A DNA stretch of 48,797 nt from Minisyncoccia bacterium (GTDB lineage Bacteria; Patescibacteriota; Minisyncoccia; Phycocordibacterales; UBA9973). This document shows, piece by piece, positions 8,190 through 17,680 of this stretch. Made by a program: the position numbers and the translations under genes. The notes under the pieces are model-generated. The model made no database searches. It was not told the origin of the DNA and saw nothing but the letters and a program-made list of their open reading frames with translations. The stretch lies in NCBI GenBank assembly GCA_038244685.1, contig JBBRTD010000004.1:1-48797 (forward strand), given 5' to 3'. Within the stretch, counting starts at the first letter, position 1; the number at the start of each line of letters is the position of its first letter.

Positions 8190-11100
8190 CTATTGTTTTA
8201 ATTCTGATATTATTTCTTGATCAGGACTAGAGACTTCTACATCTGAAACTATGTCCTTAGGTAATGGCAATACTTCAAATTCTGAACCTATTTTTTTATC
8301 TGTAGGTGTTTCTTCAGGGGTGACACCATTGTTACTCGGTTGCAATAGAAGATTTGTTGAATCAATATTTGTAACAGCAGGAACAAGTGGTGTTACAATT
8401 TGAGGATTAGAAACATTCGGTACTTCGTTTAATATTACTTTCTCTTCACCGCACTTCCCTTTTTGTTTATTAAATTCCCCATTAGTTATTAATACACAAT
8501 ATGATTCACCTGTTACACTATCTTTCATCTCTATACCTTCCGTTATAACAGTTTTTACAAATATTTTATCAATTCTATTGTATTCATCTTCCAAGAAGCT
8601 TTTTATTAAATATCCTAAAGATGTAGACTTGGTTGTATCTAATGATGATAAATCTTTAATATTCAAATTCATCTCCTGAATTGCTTTAACTAAATAAGGA
8701 GTAATATTTGCATAACTAATTGATTTAAGTTTTAATCCTGTTGTTGGATCAATATTAATATCTGTGGAAACTAAATCTGGAAATATTTGTTCCATTTCTT
8801 GAGCTATGAAACCTACATGCTTAGCATCACCATTATTTTCATTATTCCAATTATAGACTACTGGAGTAAGATAACTTAATTTATCTAAGGTAGACTTATT
8901 ACTTGTATCAAGCATATTATTTAAAATAAATTCTTTTCCTTCTAATGTTAAAATATTCTTTTTTAAATTTATATCTGATGAACAAGTAAGTGATGTAGTA
9001 ATTGGATTTATATCACAGTAACCGGTACTACTTCTAAAGCGAGCAACAACACCAGAAACTGTATTGTTCCCTACTTCAAGTAAATAACCTGGTGAAGATA
9101 CCCCAATTCCAACTTTACCAGCATAATATGAATTTGATAATGAACCAGAATATATTGCAAATTTTGTAGTACCAACATCAATTGATGACCCTAAGTATAT
9201 TCCATATGAAGTATTTATTGTACCTGCATTTGACCAAACATCTCCTGGTCCTCCTAGGGAAAGACCGTAAATAGTGCCTATTGTAGAACCAGCAGCATTT
9301 GCAACTGACGAGCTATAATTTTTTGCTGTTGTAATAGTACCACCACCTGAATTAATTATATTACTAAAACTTCCCCAAGCATTTGAAACCAGACCTGTCG
9401 AAGTATTTTTAATTCCAGCATCAATTCCATATGCAGTAGTAATAGTACCAACTCCAAAATTTTCTGTATATGACTGAGTTGCTCTTGAGTCTGTAATTAA
9501 TCCATTCCCTTCATTATCCACATAATTACCCGAACCAATAGCAGAACCAATAGTTCCACCTGCATAATTATCTACTAGTGCATCAATTGCTCTTCCTCGA
9601 GTTATCGTTCCCCCGGCATCATTATAAACATAACTTCCAGTACCTAATCCTTGGGTTATTGTTCCATTTGAGAATAAATCAACCGATGACTGTGACCCTG
9701 TCGCTTGATCTAAAATTCCAGTTCCATAATCTGAAATCATAGATTGAGATCCCTTAATATTTCCAACCATATCACTTGCATTCGTTGCAGGTATCTCTAT
9801 TGCCCCTATCATTCCATATTTATTTGTAGTAATTGGTCCATTCAATAATAAATATGCAGCTGCGCCAGTATTTTTATTTCCAGCATCAGCTCCTATTGTT
9901 TGAGATGAAACTAAGTTTGGAATATATGTCGTACCATCTATTAAAGATAAAGTTCCAGCGATTGCATTATTTCCAGTCGCAACATTACCAGTATTAAAAT
10001 TAATATTACTACCTGATGTAGTCCACTGAGAACTTACCCCTGGCACTGTCCAAGTTAACAATCCGTTTCCATTATTAGACAAAATAGTACCTACACCTCC
10101 TTGAATTGAAGGCAGCGAATAATCAACTCCTCTTAGTTGCATTTCTGTAATAGAAGGAGCTAGCATAAACTGATTAGCCTTGTTGTTTGAAATTTGAGAA
10201 TTAAAAACTCCACTTCCAAGTAAAATAGAATTTGAATGACCTCCCGTATTAATAAATGAACCAATGAGAATAGACGATAGCCCGTTTGAAGTATTATCAA
10301 CTGTATCATTGTAACCAGCTTCACGTCCAATAAAAATAGAGTTAGCTGCATTAGTTGCTAAATAGCCAGTATTATAACCAATAAAGTTTGATCCTTGAGC
10401 ATTTGTTGATCTATAACCAGAGTAAGATCCAATAAAATTTGAGTTCATCGCATTCGTTGCCTGAGCACCAGAACCTTGCCCAAAAAAGTTTGAACTCGAA
10501 GCATTTGTCGCAGAATTTCCTGCATTATTACCAATAAAATTTGAATATGAAGCACTAAAGGCAGAATCACCAGCACTAAAACCGAGGAATGTAGAACCAT
10601 GTGTCGAAGTTACTCCATTACCAGCTTGGTTAGAAGAATTTGAAAAAAGATTTGTATTATTAACTAAATCAATAGTTGATTGCTGATCTAACTGATAACG
10701 AGCTCCTCCATTTATAGCAGAAAAATATAAATGTGAACCATCATATTCAACAGCACCAGCTTCAGATGTTCCTAATTTTGGACCACTGGTAAATTTAAGT
10801 GGAGCCGTACCTGCTGTTGCAGTACCAGCTTTTAAATTAAGTACCGCTGTTGGATTTATAATTCCAAGACCCATATTCCCAGCAAAATAATTTTGACCAC
10901 CCGCAGAATATAATGAATAATTTAGAGTTGCACCTTGAGATTGATTTTCAATATACAAACCATAATCATTTGAAATAGTTCCAGCAACTGGCCCATCAAT
11001 ATAGGTACCATAATAATTTGTTGTATTTCCACCAGTAATAGAATCCGCACGAGCCCATAAGTTTATAACCTTAGCAACAGTTCCATTGGTAACAGTTGGG

Positions 11101-12674
11101 CGACCCATAATTGCATTAAAGAAATTTGTAACTGATGCTCCTACATTATTTATCATCGGAACCCCTTCTATCCCATACATTGCATTTATTGATATAGGAG
11201 TAGAAATAGAAGATAAACTATATACACCTCCAACTGAACCAGTTGTATTCTGCTCACCATATCCACCGAAAATACCAGCAACAATTGAAGAATTTGCACC
11301 GCTGGTTGCAAGATGAGCTTCAATATTATCACCATAATAATTACTTGAAACTGAACCAGTATAAGTTCTTGCTCCGGAAATCATAGAGCGACTTTGTTGT
11401 GGAATCACACTCCAAACATTAATTCCAGAATTTGTATTTATCATTCCATTTATATCTAAAGTAAAGCCAGGAGTTGTTGTCCCTATTCCTACTCTATGGT
11501 TTACGCTATCAACAAATAAAGAATTTGTATCAACCGTTAAATTATGAATGCCTAAATCAACATTTGAAGTTGCTCCTGTGTAAGGTATACCACTAGATGA
11601 AGGAGTAGACCAAGACAAAACACCACTTCCATTATTTGTAAGAACGGTATTTACACTACCTTGAGATAATGGCAGTGAATAATCTATTCCCCTCAATCTC
11701 ATTTCTGTAATAGAAGGAACTAACATAAATTGATTAATTTTTGTGTTTGAAATTGGGGCACCAGATATACCACTACCAAGTAAAATTGAATTCGAAAAAC
11801 CTCCTGTATTTGTAAATGAGCCCAAAAGAATTGAAGAAAGTCCATTAGAAGTATTGTCTACAGTATCACCATTTCCAGCATTTTGACCAATAAATATTGA
11901 ATTGGCAGCATGCTGCGCATTAAAACCAGCATTATTACCAAAGAAATTTGAATTAGAAGCATAAATTGCATTGCGACCAGCAAAATAACCAAAGAAGTTT
12001 GAATTCTCTGCAATTAAAGCTTGATAACCAGCATACGAACCAAAGAAGTTTGAATTTGAAGTCAATAAAGTATTATAGCCAGTATAAACACCAAAGAAAT
12101 TTGAACCAATAGATTCAGCCACATTCCGACCAGCCCCTAGACCAATAAAATTTGAATTAGAAAGATCACCTGTTGAATTTTCACCAGCATATGGGCCAAG
12201 AAAAATAGAATTTGTTGTACTTACTGTTACCCCCGAAGCTGTTCCAGGTAATCCAGTAGAGAAAAGATTTGATGAATTAACAATTGAGATTGGAGAAACA
12301 GATGCCATTGTCCAACTAGGGGCAAGATTTGTGCCATTAGACGTAAGAACTTGTCCTGCTATTCCATTAGGAAGTTTATCTGTTGTGTCAGAGCTAGACT
12401 GATAAAGTATTTGCCCTCCTAACCCCCCTGCTATATTTGCAGCTGTTCCAGTAGTATTTTGATTAAAGATTGGAAAGCTTGTTAATTGAGATGCTGAACC
12501 TGTGGGTGTTAAAAAGTTAAAAGCAACAGTGCAACCAGTATCTAAAGGAGCGCAGTTTGGATCTATTGTCTGACCAGGAGTAAACAAAGCAAAAATCTTG
12601 GCATATGCGCCAAAAAGTAGAACAAAAAATAATATTGCTAGAAATTTAATTAATATCGAATTTGAATATTTCAT
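8190..12674 (-). CDS. giant secreted tail-fibre-like surface protein with an internal duplication and a C-terminal-region S74-type intramolecular chaperone domain
   Basis: 1494 aa. The N-terminal hydrophobic signal or anchor is ILIKFLAILFFVLLFGAYA. It carries SNFFG/SNFIG-xxAG repeat arrays, VGIGxxxP collar motifs (three copies) and GGTIT-type repeats. The segment SDINLKKNI...HVGFIAQEMEQIFPDLV resembles the endosialidase chaperone domain. Confidence 0.85.
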   Translation of the reverse strand: MKYSNSILIKFLAILFFVLLFGAYAKIFALFTPGQTIDPNCAPLDTGCTVAFNFLTPTGSASQLTSFPIFNQNTTGTAANIAGGLGGQILYQSSSDTTDKLPNGIAGQVLTSNGTNLAPSWTMASVSPISIVNSSNLFSTGLPGTASGVTVSTTNSIFLGPYAGENSTGDLSNSNFIGLGAGRNVAESIGSNFFGVYTGYNTLLTSNSNFFGSYAGYQALIAENSNFFGYFAGRNAIYASNSNFFGNNAGFNAQHAANSIFIGQNAGNGDTVDNTSNGLSSILLGSFTNTGGFSNSILLGSGISGAPISNTKINQFMLVPSITEMRLRGIDYSLPLSQGSVNTVLTNNGSGVLSWSTPSSSGIPYTGATSNVDLGIHNLTVDTNSLFVDSVNHRVGIGTTTPGFTLDINGMINTNSGINVWSVIPQQSRSMISGARTYTGSVSSNYYGDNIEAHLATSGANSSIVAGIFGGYGEQNTTGSVGGVYSLSSISTPISINAMYGIEGVPMINNVGASVTNFFNAIMGRPTVTNGTVAKVINLWARADSITGGNTTNYYGTYIDGPVAGTISNDYGLYIENQSQGATLNYSLYSAGGQNYFAGNMGLGIINPTAVLNLKAGTATAGTAPLKFTSGPKLGTSEAGAVEYDGSHLYFSAINGGARYQLDQQSTIDLVNNTNLFSNSSNQAGNGVTSTHGSTFLGFSAGDSAFSASYSNFIGNNAGNSATNASSSNFFGQGSGAQATNAMNSNFIGSYSGYRSTNAQGSNFIGYNTGYLATNAANSIFIGREAGYNDTVDNTSNGLSSILIGSFINTGGHSNSILLGSGVFNSQISNNKANQFMLAPSITEMQLRGVDYSLPSIQGGVGTILSNNGNGLLTWTVPGVSSQWTTSGSNINFNTGNVATGNNAIAGTLSLIDGTTYIPNLVSSQTIGADAGNKNTGAAAYLLLNGPITTNKYGMIGAIEIPATNASDMVGNIKGSQSMISDYGTGILDQATGSQSSVDLFSNGTITQGLGTGSYVYNDAGGTITRGRAIDALVDNYAGGTIGSAIGSGNYVDNEGNGLITDSRATQSYTENFGVGTITTAYGIDAGIKNTSTGLVSNAWGSFSNIINSGGGTITTAKNYSSSVANAAGSTIGTIYGLSLGGPGDVWSNAGTINTSYGIYLGSSIDVGTTKFAIYSGSLSNSYYAGKVGIGVSSPGYLLEVGNNTVSGVVARFRSSTGYCDINPITTSLTCSSDINLKKNILTLEGKEFILNNMLDTSNKSTLDKLSYLTPVVYNWNNENNGDAKHVGFIAQEMEQIFPDLVSTDINIDPTTGLKLKSISYANITPYLVKAIQEMNLNIKDLSSLDTTKSTSLGYLIKSFLEDEYNRIDKIFVKTVITEGIEMKDSVTGESYCVLITNGEFNKQKGKCGEEKVILNEVPNVSNPQIVTPLVPAVTNIDSTNLLLQPSNNGVTPEETPTDKKIGSEFEVLPLPKDIVSDVEVSSPDQEIISELKQ
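8655..8978 (-). other. Peptidase_S74-like intramolecular chaperone / autoproteolysis domain within the giant ORF (aa 1233-1340)
   Basis: The segment reads SDINLKKNILTLEG...LSYLTPVVYNWNNENNGDAKHVGFIAQEMEQIFPDLVSTD...ISYANITPYLVKAIQEMN. This follows the SDxxxK...GfiAQE...P..V pattern of endosialidase and tail-spike chaperone domains. Confidence 0.7.
10047..10673 (-). repeat. intragenic protein-level repeat, copy 2 (aa 668-876 of the giant ORF)
   Basis: See copy 1. The nucleotide sequences differ at many synonymous positions, so the duplication is old. Confidence 0.9.
11607..12284 (-). repeat. intragenic protein-level repeat, copy 1 (aa 131-356 of the giant ORF)
   Basis: It aligns without register change to aa 668-876, exactly 520 aa downstream. 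Example: DTVDNTSNGLSSILLGSFTNTGGFSNSILLGSG versus DTVDNTSNGLSSILIGSFINTGGHSNSILLGSG. Confidence 0.9.
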
Positions 12675-12782
12675 TAAATATTAAACTGATTACCAATGCT
12701 TTAATTTTATCACAAATGCAAATTTACTCAAGGTAATTTTTTAAATTTATTCCATAATTTATGGTTATATTTTAAAAAAGAA

Positions 12783-13451
12783 TTATTTTTTATACTCGTA
12801 TATATTAACTCTTGCTGGGCGGATTATTCTGTCTCCTATTTTATACCCAACCTGCAAAATGCTCTCTATTGTATGATCTTGCTCTTCTTTTTCTGTCAAA
12901 ATAGCACTTATAGATTGATGCAGGTTTGGATTAAAAGACACCCCTATTTCACTTATCTTTTCAATGCCAGATTCAGACAAACTAGTCATAAATTGAGAAT
13001 AAATATATTCAATACCCATACGCCAATTTTTATCAACTTTTTCCCAGGCCTCTTTATTTGCAAATGCCATATCAAAACTATCAAGAACTGGTAATAAATT
13101 CTTGGCCATTTTTTCCCTAGAATGAATTGATATATTTAGACGGGAACTATCAAGTTCTTTTTGTAAATTAACATAGTCAGCCTTAGCTCTCTGCCATCCA
13201 GTTAAATATTCTTCTTTTTCACTTCTGCAAATCTTTAAATCTTCACGAAGTTTTTTTGTTACATCTTTTGCGGGTAATGCTTCACCATCTTCAGTACTGT
13301 CTACATATGTTATATCTGGCTCAACAGAAAAATCTGAATTATCAATCACAGGATTAACCATAGGCTCATCTAGATCTATGGATTGATCTTTTGCAATTTC
13401 TCCATCTATATTTGAAGTTTCATTTATTTTTTTTATTTCTTCGTCATTCAT
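12783..13451 (-). CDS. grpE: nucleotide exchange factor GrpE
   Basis: It has a coiled-coil region plus a conserved C-terminal beta domain (VGYKIGDRIIRPARV). I start it at the ATG at 13451, because the ORF-track start at 13466 would leave only a few nt after the rpsI terminator hairpin (13471-13493). Confidence 0.9.
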   Translation of the reverse strand: MNDEEIKKINETSNIDGEIAKDQSIDLDEPMVNPVIDNSDFSVEPDITYVDSTEDGEALPAKDVTKKLREDLKICRSEKEEYLTGWQRAKADYVNLQKELDSSRLNISIHSREKMAKNLLPVLDSFDMAFANKEAWEKVDKNWRMGIEYIYSQFMTSLSESGIEKISEIGVSFNPNLHQSISAILTEKEEQDHTIESILQVGYKIGDRIIRPARVNIYEYKK

Positions 13452-13463
13452 TCCTACAGTATA

Positions 13464-13498
13464 CAAAAAAAAGAGACTTTTTCAAAGTCTCTTTTTTT
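13464..13498 (-). terminator. intrinsic terminator after rpsI
   Basis: The stem aagagacttt (13471-13480) pairs with aaagtctctt (13484-13493). The A-run on the plus strand gives a U-tract on the minus strand. Confidence 0.7.
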
Positions 13499-13508
13499 AA
13501 AAAACATA

Positions 13509-13919
13509 TTAACGTTTAGACCATTGTGGAGATTTACGAGCTTTTTTAAGTCCAAATTTCTTTCTTTCAACAACTCTAGGATCACGCTTAAGCATTTTAG
13601 CTTTCTTTAGGTTTGTACGTAGTTCTGCATCAAATAATACTAAAGCACGTGAGATACCATGACGAACTGACTCAGCTTGTGCATGTGATCCACCACCTTT
13701 TGTAGTAACTACAACTTCAAATTTCTCTGAAGGTGTTGCTGTCTCAAAGGCACCAGTAACTATTTTCTTTAATTCAGGTGTTGGAAAATATTCAGTAAAA
13801 TCTTTTCCATTAACTGTATAAGTAGTCTTAGTTGCTTTATATAAACGAACTACAGCAACTGCTGTCTTACGACGGCCGATAGCTCTAAAATATTCTTTTG
13901 TTGGTTTCTTTTCTGCCAT
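13509..13919 (-). CDS. rpsI: 30S ribosomal protein S9
   Basis: 136 aa with GGGxxxQAxAxRHGIxRAL and a C-terminal KKxxxSKR. Confidence 0.96.
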   Translation of the reverse strand: MAEKKPTKEYFRAIGRRKTAVAVVRLYKATKTTYTVNGKDFTEYFPTPELKKIVTGAFETATPSEKFEVVVTTKGGGSHAQAESVRHGISRALVLFDAELRTNLKKAKMLKRDPRVVERKKFGLKKARKSPQWSKR

Positions 13920-13922
13920 ATA

Positions 13923-14276
13923 TTATTCTGTTATTGTTAAACGTTTCATCATTAAAGGACGTAATTTATTTGAAGGAAGCATTCCAAAAACAGCAAGTTC
14001 ATAAAGACCCATCCAACCCTTTTTCTCTATAACTTTCTCATTTGTCTTTGTTTTAAATCCTCCTGGAAATCCTGAGTAAGTCTCATGTAAAGTTTCTTTC
14101 ATTCTTCTCTCAGACATTTTTGTCTTTGATGCATTTTTAATATAAACACGAACATCAGCTACTTTATTTGCTGTGTAATCTGCTGATGTTTTACCCATAA
14201 GAGCCTTGGCAGCTGCACTTGCAACACGGCCTAATATCTTATCTGTAGCATCAATTGTATGTACTATTGTTGTCAT
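13923..14276 (-). CDS. rplM: 50S ribosomal protein L13
   Basis: It contains IDATDKILGRVAS...GK, typical of L13. I start it at the ATG at 14276, since the ORF-track start at 14294 is a TTG overlapping rplQ. Confidence 0.9.
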   Translation of the reverse strand: MTTIVHTIDATDKILGRVASAAAKALMGKTSADYTANKVADVRVYIKNASKTKMSERRMKETLHETYSGFPGGFKTKTNEKVIEKKGWMGLYELAVFGMLPSNKLRPLMMKRLTITE

Positions 14277-14280
14277 ATAA

Positions 14281-14634
14281 TTATATAAATTCAATTACTG
14301 CCATTTTACTTGCATCTCCAGCACGACGTCCCAACTTGGTGATTCGTGTGTAGCCTCCTGTACGACCCTTGTACTTTGGAGCAATGGTTTCGATTAATCT
14401 ATTAGCTTCTGCAGTTAAATTGTATAAACGTGCTATCACTAATCTTTTTGAAGCAAGAGTACCAACATTTGCTTTAGTAACTAACTTTTCAATAAAAGGA
14501 CGAAGTTCTTTTGCTTTCGCTTCTGTAGTTTCGATTCTTTCATGTGCAATAAGTGACAACATAAGACCCTTTATTAGAGCGTGACGTTGACTTTTATTTC
14601 TTCCAAATTTTCTTACATTATTACCGTGTCGCAT
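14281..14634 (-). CDS. rplQ: 50S ribosomal protein L17
   Basis: The N-terminus MRHGNNVRKFGRNKSQRHALIKGL is the canonical L17 start. The gene follows rpoA. Confidence 0.96.
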   Translation of the reverse strand: MRHGNNVRKFGRNKSQRHALIKGLMLSLIAHERIETTEAKAKELRPFIEKLVTKANVGTLASKRLVIARLYNLTAEANRLIETIAPKYKGRTGGYTRITKLGRRAGDASKMAVIEFI

Positions 14635-14661
14635 ATATTATTACTTATTACTTATAATTAC

Positions 14662-15636
14662 TTATTTAAGTGTTATACCATATTCTCCAAGAACTTTCTT
14701 TATTTCTTGAATTCCCTTATCTCCAATTCCATCAATCTCAAGCAAATCTTCCTTCTTTTTTCTTGCTATTCCTCCAATTGTTCGGATATTTGCATCTGTT
14801 AATGCATTAAGAGTACGGGTAGAAAGTGTCAGTGTATCGATTCTTGTTTTTAAAATATCTGTAAATTCATTCCCTTCTCCTTTATCTTCATCTAATTCTT
14901 TGTTTGAAACATCAACAGCTTCAATAATTGGTAAAGATTTGTTTGTGACAGTAAAACCAATGATTGCTTGTAACTGTTCTACCATGATAACAATTGATTT
15001 CTCAAGAGCTTCACGAGGAGTTAGAGTTCCATCAGTCTCTATAGTCATACGTAGACGGTTATGGTTTGTCTTATCTCCAACACGCATGTTCTCAACTTCA
15101 TAAGCAACACGACGAATAGGTGTAAAAATAGCATCCAAAGAAATAGTTCCTACTTCGTTCTTTTCTTTTTGGTGAACATCCTTAGGAACAAAACCAAGAC
15201 CTTTCTCTACTGTCATTTCAATAGAAAGATTAGTTTTTGTTGTGACTTCAGCGATGAATAAATCTTTATTTAAAACTTCTACTTGTCCACTTACTTCTAT
15301 ATCAGCAGCAGTTACAGTCTTAGGTCCTTTTATTGAAAGTTTAACTGTTTGAGGTTCATCTGTTAACAAACGAAAACGAACTTGCTTTAAATGTAGCAAG
15401 ATAGTAATAACATCTTCTTTAACTCCATCCATAACTGAAAATTCATGATCTACTCCATCTATTTTAAGAGATGTAATAGCTGAACCAGATAGTGAAGAAA
15501 GAATAATGCGGCGAAGAGAGTTCCCTAGAGTATGTCCATACCCAGGGTAAAGGCCATCAATTTCATAGACACCCTTTGTGCCTACTTCTGAAACGATAGA
15601 TAATTTTGATGGTAATATGATATTTAAATCAGACAT
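14662..15636 (-). CDS. rpoA: DNA-directed RNA polymerase alpha subunit
   Basis: 324 aa. It has an N-terminal assembly domain (GHTLGNSLRR) and a C-terminal alpha-CTD HhH (LSTRTLNALTDANIRTIG). Confidence 0.96.
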   Translation of the reverse strand: MSDLNIILPSKLSIVSEVGTKGVYEIDGLYPGYGHTLGNSLRRIILSSLSGSAITSLKIDGVDHEFSVMDGVKEDVITILLHLKQVRFRLLTDEPQTVKLSIKGPKTVTAADIEVSGQVEVLNKDLFIAEVTTKTNLSIEMTVEKGLGFVPKDVHQKEKNEVGTISLDAIFTPIRRVAYEVENMRVGDKTNHNRLRMTIETDGTLTPREALEKSIVIMVEQLQAIIGFTVTNKSLPIIEAVDVSNKELDEDKGEGNEFTDILKTRIDTLTLSTRTLNALTDANIRTIGGIARKKKEDLLEIDGIGDKGIQEIKKVLGEYGITLK

Positions 15637-15695
15637 ATGATATTTACGAGTGCACTCGCAATAAATTATTTATTAAAATTAACCATACGGCTCTA

Positions 15696-16304
15696 CTAAC
15701 GACTATAAAATTCAAGCACAGTGTTTAAATCAAGGTAACCTTCAATATTTTTAGGTTTACCAGCAATTGTTCCAGATAGTTTTTCAGCATTAAATGTAAG
15801 CCAGTTTGGAGCTGTATATTCTTTCATCTTCTTGTCCATATCAGCAAATAAGACACTCTTCTTACTACCTTCACGAACAGAGATTACATCTCCTACTTTC
15901 ACACGTAAAGAGGCAACAGTTGTCTTCTTTCCATTAACAGTAAAATGTCCATGAGAAGCCATTTGACGAGATAGACGACGAGTATGAGCTAATCCTAATC
16001 TGTAAGCAACGTTATCAAGTCTTGTTTCAAGTAACTCAAAAAGAGCTTCAGTTGCAATAACTCCCTTAGAAGAAACAGCTTCTTTGACATAGTTTGAAAA
16101 TTGCTTTTCACTTATGTTGTACATAAAACGAACTTTCTGTTTCTCTACGAATTGAAGAGCATAGCCAGAAAGAGCTTTAGGTCGCTTGTTCTTCATGTTC
16201 TTTGCATGACGTCCTTCAGATGCAACGAATTTAGCTGTTTGACATTTTTCAAACACTCCTGGTCCTAATCTTCTACAAATTTTATATTTTTGAACTGTTT
16301 TCAT
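15696..16304 (-). CDS. rpsD: 30S ribosomal protein S4
   Basis: 202 aa with an S4 domain (RLDNVAYRLGLAHTRRLSRQ). Confidence 0.95.
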   Translation of the reverse strand: MKTVQKYKICRRLGPGVFEKCQTAKFVASEGRHAKNMKNKRPKALSGYALQFVEKQKVRFMYNISEKQFSNYVKEAVSSKGVIATEALFELLETRLDNVAYRLGLAHTRRLSRQMASHGHFTVNGKKTTVASLRVKVGDVISVREGSKKSVLFADMDKKMKEYTAPNWLTFNAEKLSGTIAGKPKNIEGYLDLNTVLEFYSR

Positions 16305-16347
16305 TTAAATAATTGCTGTTTACTAAATATTACTAAAATTACAAATA

Positions 16348-16800
16348 CTAGACTCTACGTGGCTTCTTTGGCTTTGGACCATTGTGAGGAACTGGTGTTA
16401 AGTCTCTGACTCCTGATATTTCAATATCATAAGCCATAAAAGCTCGAATCGTAGGCTCTCGCCCTGAACCAACTCCTTTAACTTTAACATCAACTTCTTT
16501 AATTCCTAATGCTTTTGCCTTTTCACCTACAACAGATCCAGCTTTAGATGCAGCAAATGGTGTTCCCTTCTTTGCTCCTTTAAAACCAAGAGATCCAGCG
16601 GAAGTCCAAAACAAAGTGTTTCCTTCTTTATCAGACAGAACAACTTTAGTATTATTGAAAGTAGCTTCTACGTGTAAAGTTCCAGCGACAATTTTCTTCT
16701 TTGGAACTTTAACTCCAGACTTAGGTGTAACCTCTGCTACAGCCTCTCCTGCAACTACTTTTTCTTCTTCCTTTTTAGTTATAATTTTTATCTTTCCCAT
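16348..16800 (-). CDS. rpsK: 30S ribosomal protein S11 (with a Lys/Glu-rich N-terminal extension)
   Basis: It contains GxLHVEATFNNT...SAGSLGFKG.KK.TPFAA. Confidence 0.95.
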   Translation of the reverse strand: MGKIKIITKKEEEKVVAGEAVAEVTPKSGVKVPKKKIVAGTLHVEATFNNTKVVLSDKEGNTLFWTSAGSLGFKGAKKGTPFAASKAGSVVGEKAKALGIKEVDVKVKGVGSGREPTIRAFMAYDIEISGVRDLTPVPHNGPKPKKPRRV

Positions 16801-16811
16801 ATGTATATTAA

Positions 16812-17192
16812 TTATGTTTTACTTTCCTTACGGCGACCTGATGCCATTGTTTTACGTACGTTACCTCTGATTGTTCTTGAATTTGTTTTTGTTCTCTGTC
16901 CATTAACTGGTAGACGACGCATATGTCTTATTCCTCTGTATGATTTAATATCTTTCAATCTTTTAATATTAGAAGATATTTCACGCTTAAGGGATCCTTC
17001 GATTGACATTGTCTCAATAACTTTACGGATAGCATTCTCTTGATCAACAGTTAGGGTGTCTCCCTTTACAGTTGGCTCGATATTAACTTCTTTCAAAATC
17101 TTTCGAGCTCGAGATATGCCTATGCCGTACAAAGCGGTAAGTCCAACGTCTAGATGTTTATTATTAGGTATTGTTATTCCAAGGATTCTCAT
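16812..17192 (-). CDS. rpsM: 30S ribosomal protein S13
   Basis: It begins MRILGITIP...GIGISRA. I start it at the ATG at 17192, because the longer track ORF would run through rpmJ. Confidence 0.93.
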   Translation of the reverse strand: MRILGITIPNNKHLDVGLTALYGIGISRARKILKEVNIEPTVKGDTLTVDQENAIRKVIETMSIEGSLKREISSNIKRLKDIKSYRGIRHMRRLPVNGQRTKTNSRTIRGNVRKTMASGRRKESKT

Positions 17193-17199
17193 ATATAAA

Positions 17200-17310
17200 T
17201 TATTGTTTTTGCTTATGTTTAGGATTAGAACAAATAACACGGAGATGACCTTCCCGTTTTACCATTTTACACTTTGCACAAATTTTTTTAACTGCTGATT
17301 TAATTTTCAT
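17200..17310 (-). CDS. rpmJ: 50S ribosomal protein L36
   Basis: This ORF is not in the track. My manual translation is [36 protein letters not shown] (36 aa), with the CxxC...C...H zinc ribbon, in the canonical infA-rpmJ-rpsM position. Confidence 0.9.
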   Translation of the reverse strand: MKIKSAVKKICAKCKMVKREGHLRVICSNPKHKQKQ

Positions 17311-17421
17311 ATTATATATCTGTCTAAAGCGAAAGAAAAAATAAAGGGTGATTACCCTATATTTATAACTCAGGCGTTATCGAATTATACTACACTATTT
17401 AAATAAAAATGCAAGGGCTAT

Positions 17422-17637
17422 CTATCCTCTTTTGATAATTCTTCCTTTGCCACCATATGGATCTAAGAGAACTTCAACTCTATCTCCCAACAGAACCTTA
17501 ATTCTGTGCATCCTCATCTTCCCCGACAAATAACTGATGATGATTTTACCACCACCTATGTCTACTCTAAAGAGCGTATTTGGGAGGGCTTCTGTAACGA
17601 TGCCTATTGCTGTATTGTTGTCGTCCTTTTGATTCAT
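17422..17637 (-). CDS. infA: translation initiation factor IF-1
   Basis: 71 aa with an S1-like fold (TEALPNTLFRVDI...SGKMRMHRIKVLLGDRV). Confidence 0.93.
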   Translation of the reverse strand: MNQKDDNNTAIGIVTEALPNTLFRVDIGGGKIIISYLSGKMRMHRIKVLLGDRVEVLLDPYGGKGRIIKRG

Positions 17638-17680
17638 TTAATGTCCTATTATCATAACAAAAATTTTATTTTTCGTCAAA

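Noticed and set aside
10047-12284. A diversity-generating retroelement (TR/VR pair) in the giant ORF.
   Set aside because: The two intragenic repeats differ at all four bases, including many synonymous sites, and are not adenine-specific. Both are coding, and no reverse transcriptase ORF is present.
8190-12674. A prophage or phage remnant around the tail-fibre-like gene.
   Set aside because: The flanking genes are grpE, a PaaX-like regulator and dnaK. There is no capsid, portal, terminase, baseplate, lysis or integrase gene, and no obvious compositional break.
15649-15660. The perfect 12-bp palindrome cgagtgcactcg in the rpoA-rpsD spacer as a CIRCE-like element.
   Set aside because: It shares only GAGTGC with the CIRCE half-site. 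It has no 9-nt spacer architecture and sits inside a ribosomal operon. It is more likely a small processing or pause hairpin.
17193-17240. N-terminal extensions in the ORF track: rpsM 17240, rplM 14294, gpmI 45880, the lipoprotein 20831, ybeY 38876, the P-loop gene 46842 and the orphan at 47469.
   Set aside because: For rplM, the lipoprotein, ybeY, the P-loop gene and the orphan at 47469, I verified that the track start is a TTG or GTG codon. I did not check the start-codon identity for rpsM or gpmI. The extensions overlap upstream genes, terminators or promoter candidates. Internal ATG codons give N-termini that match the conserved family starts.
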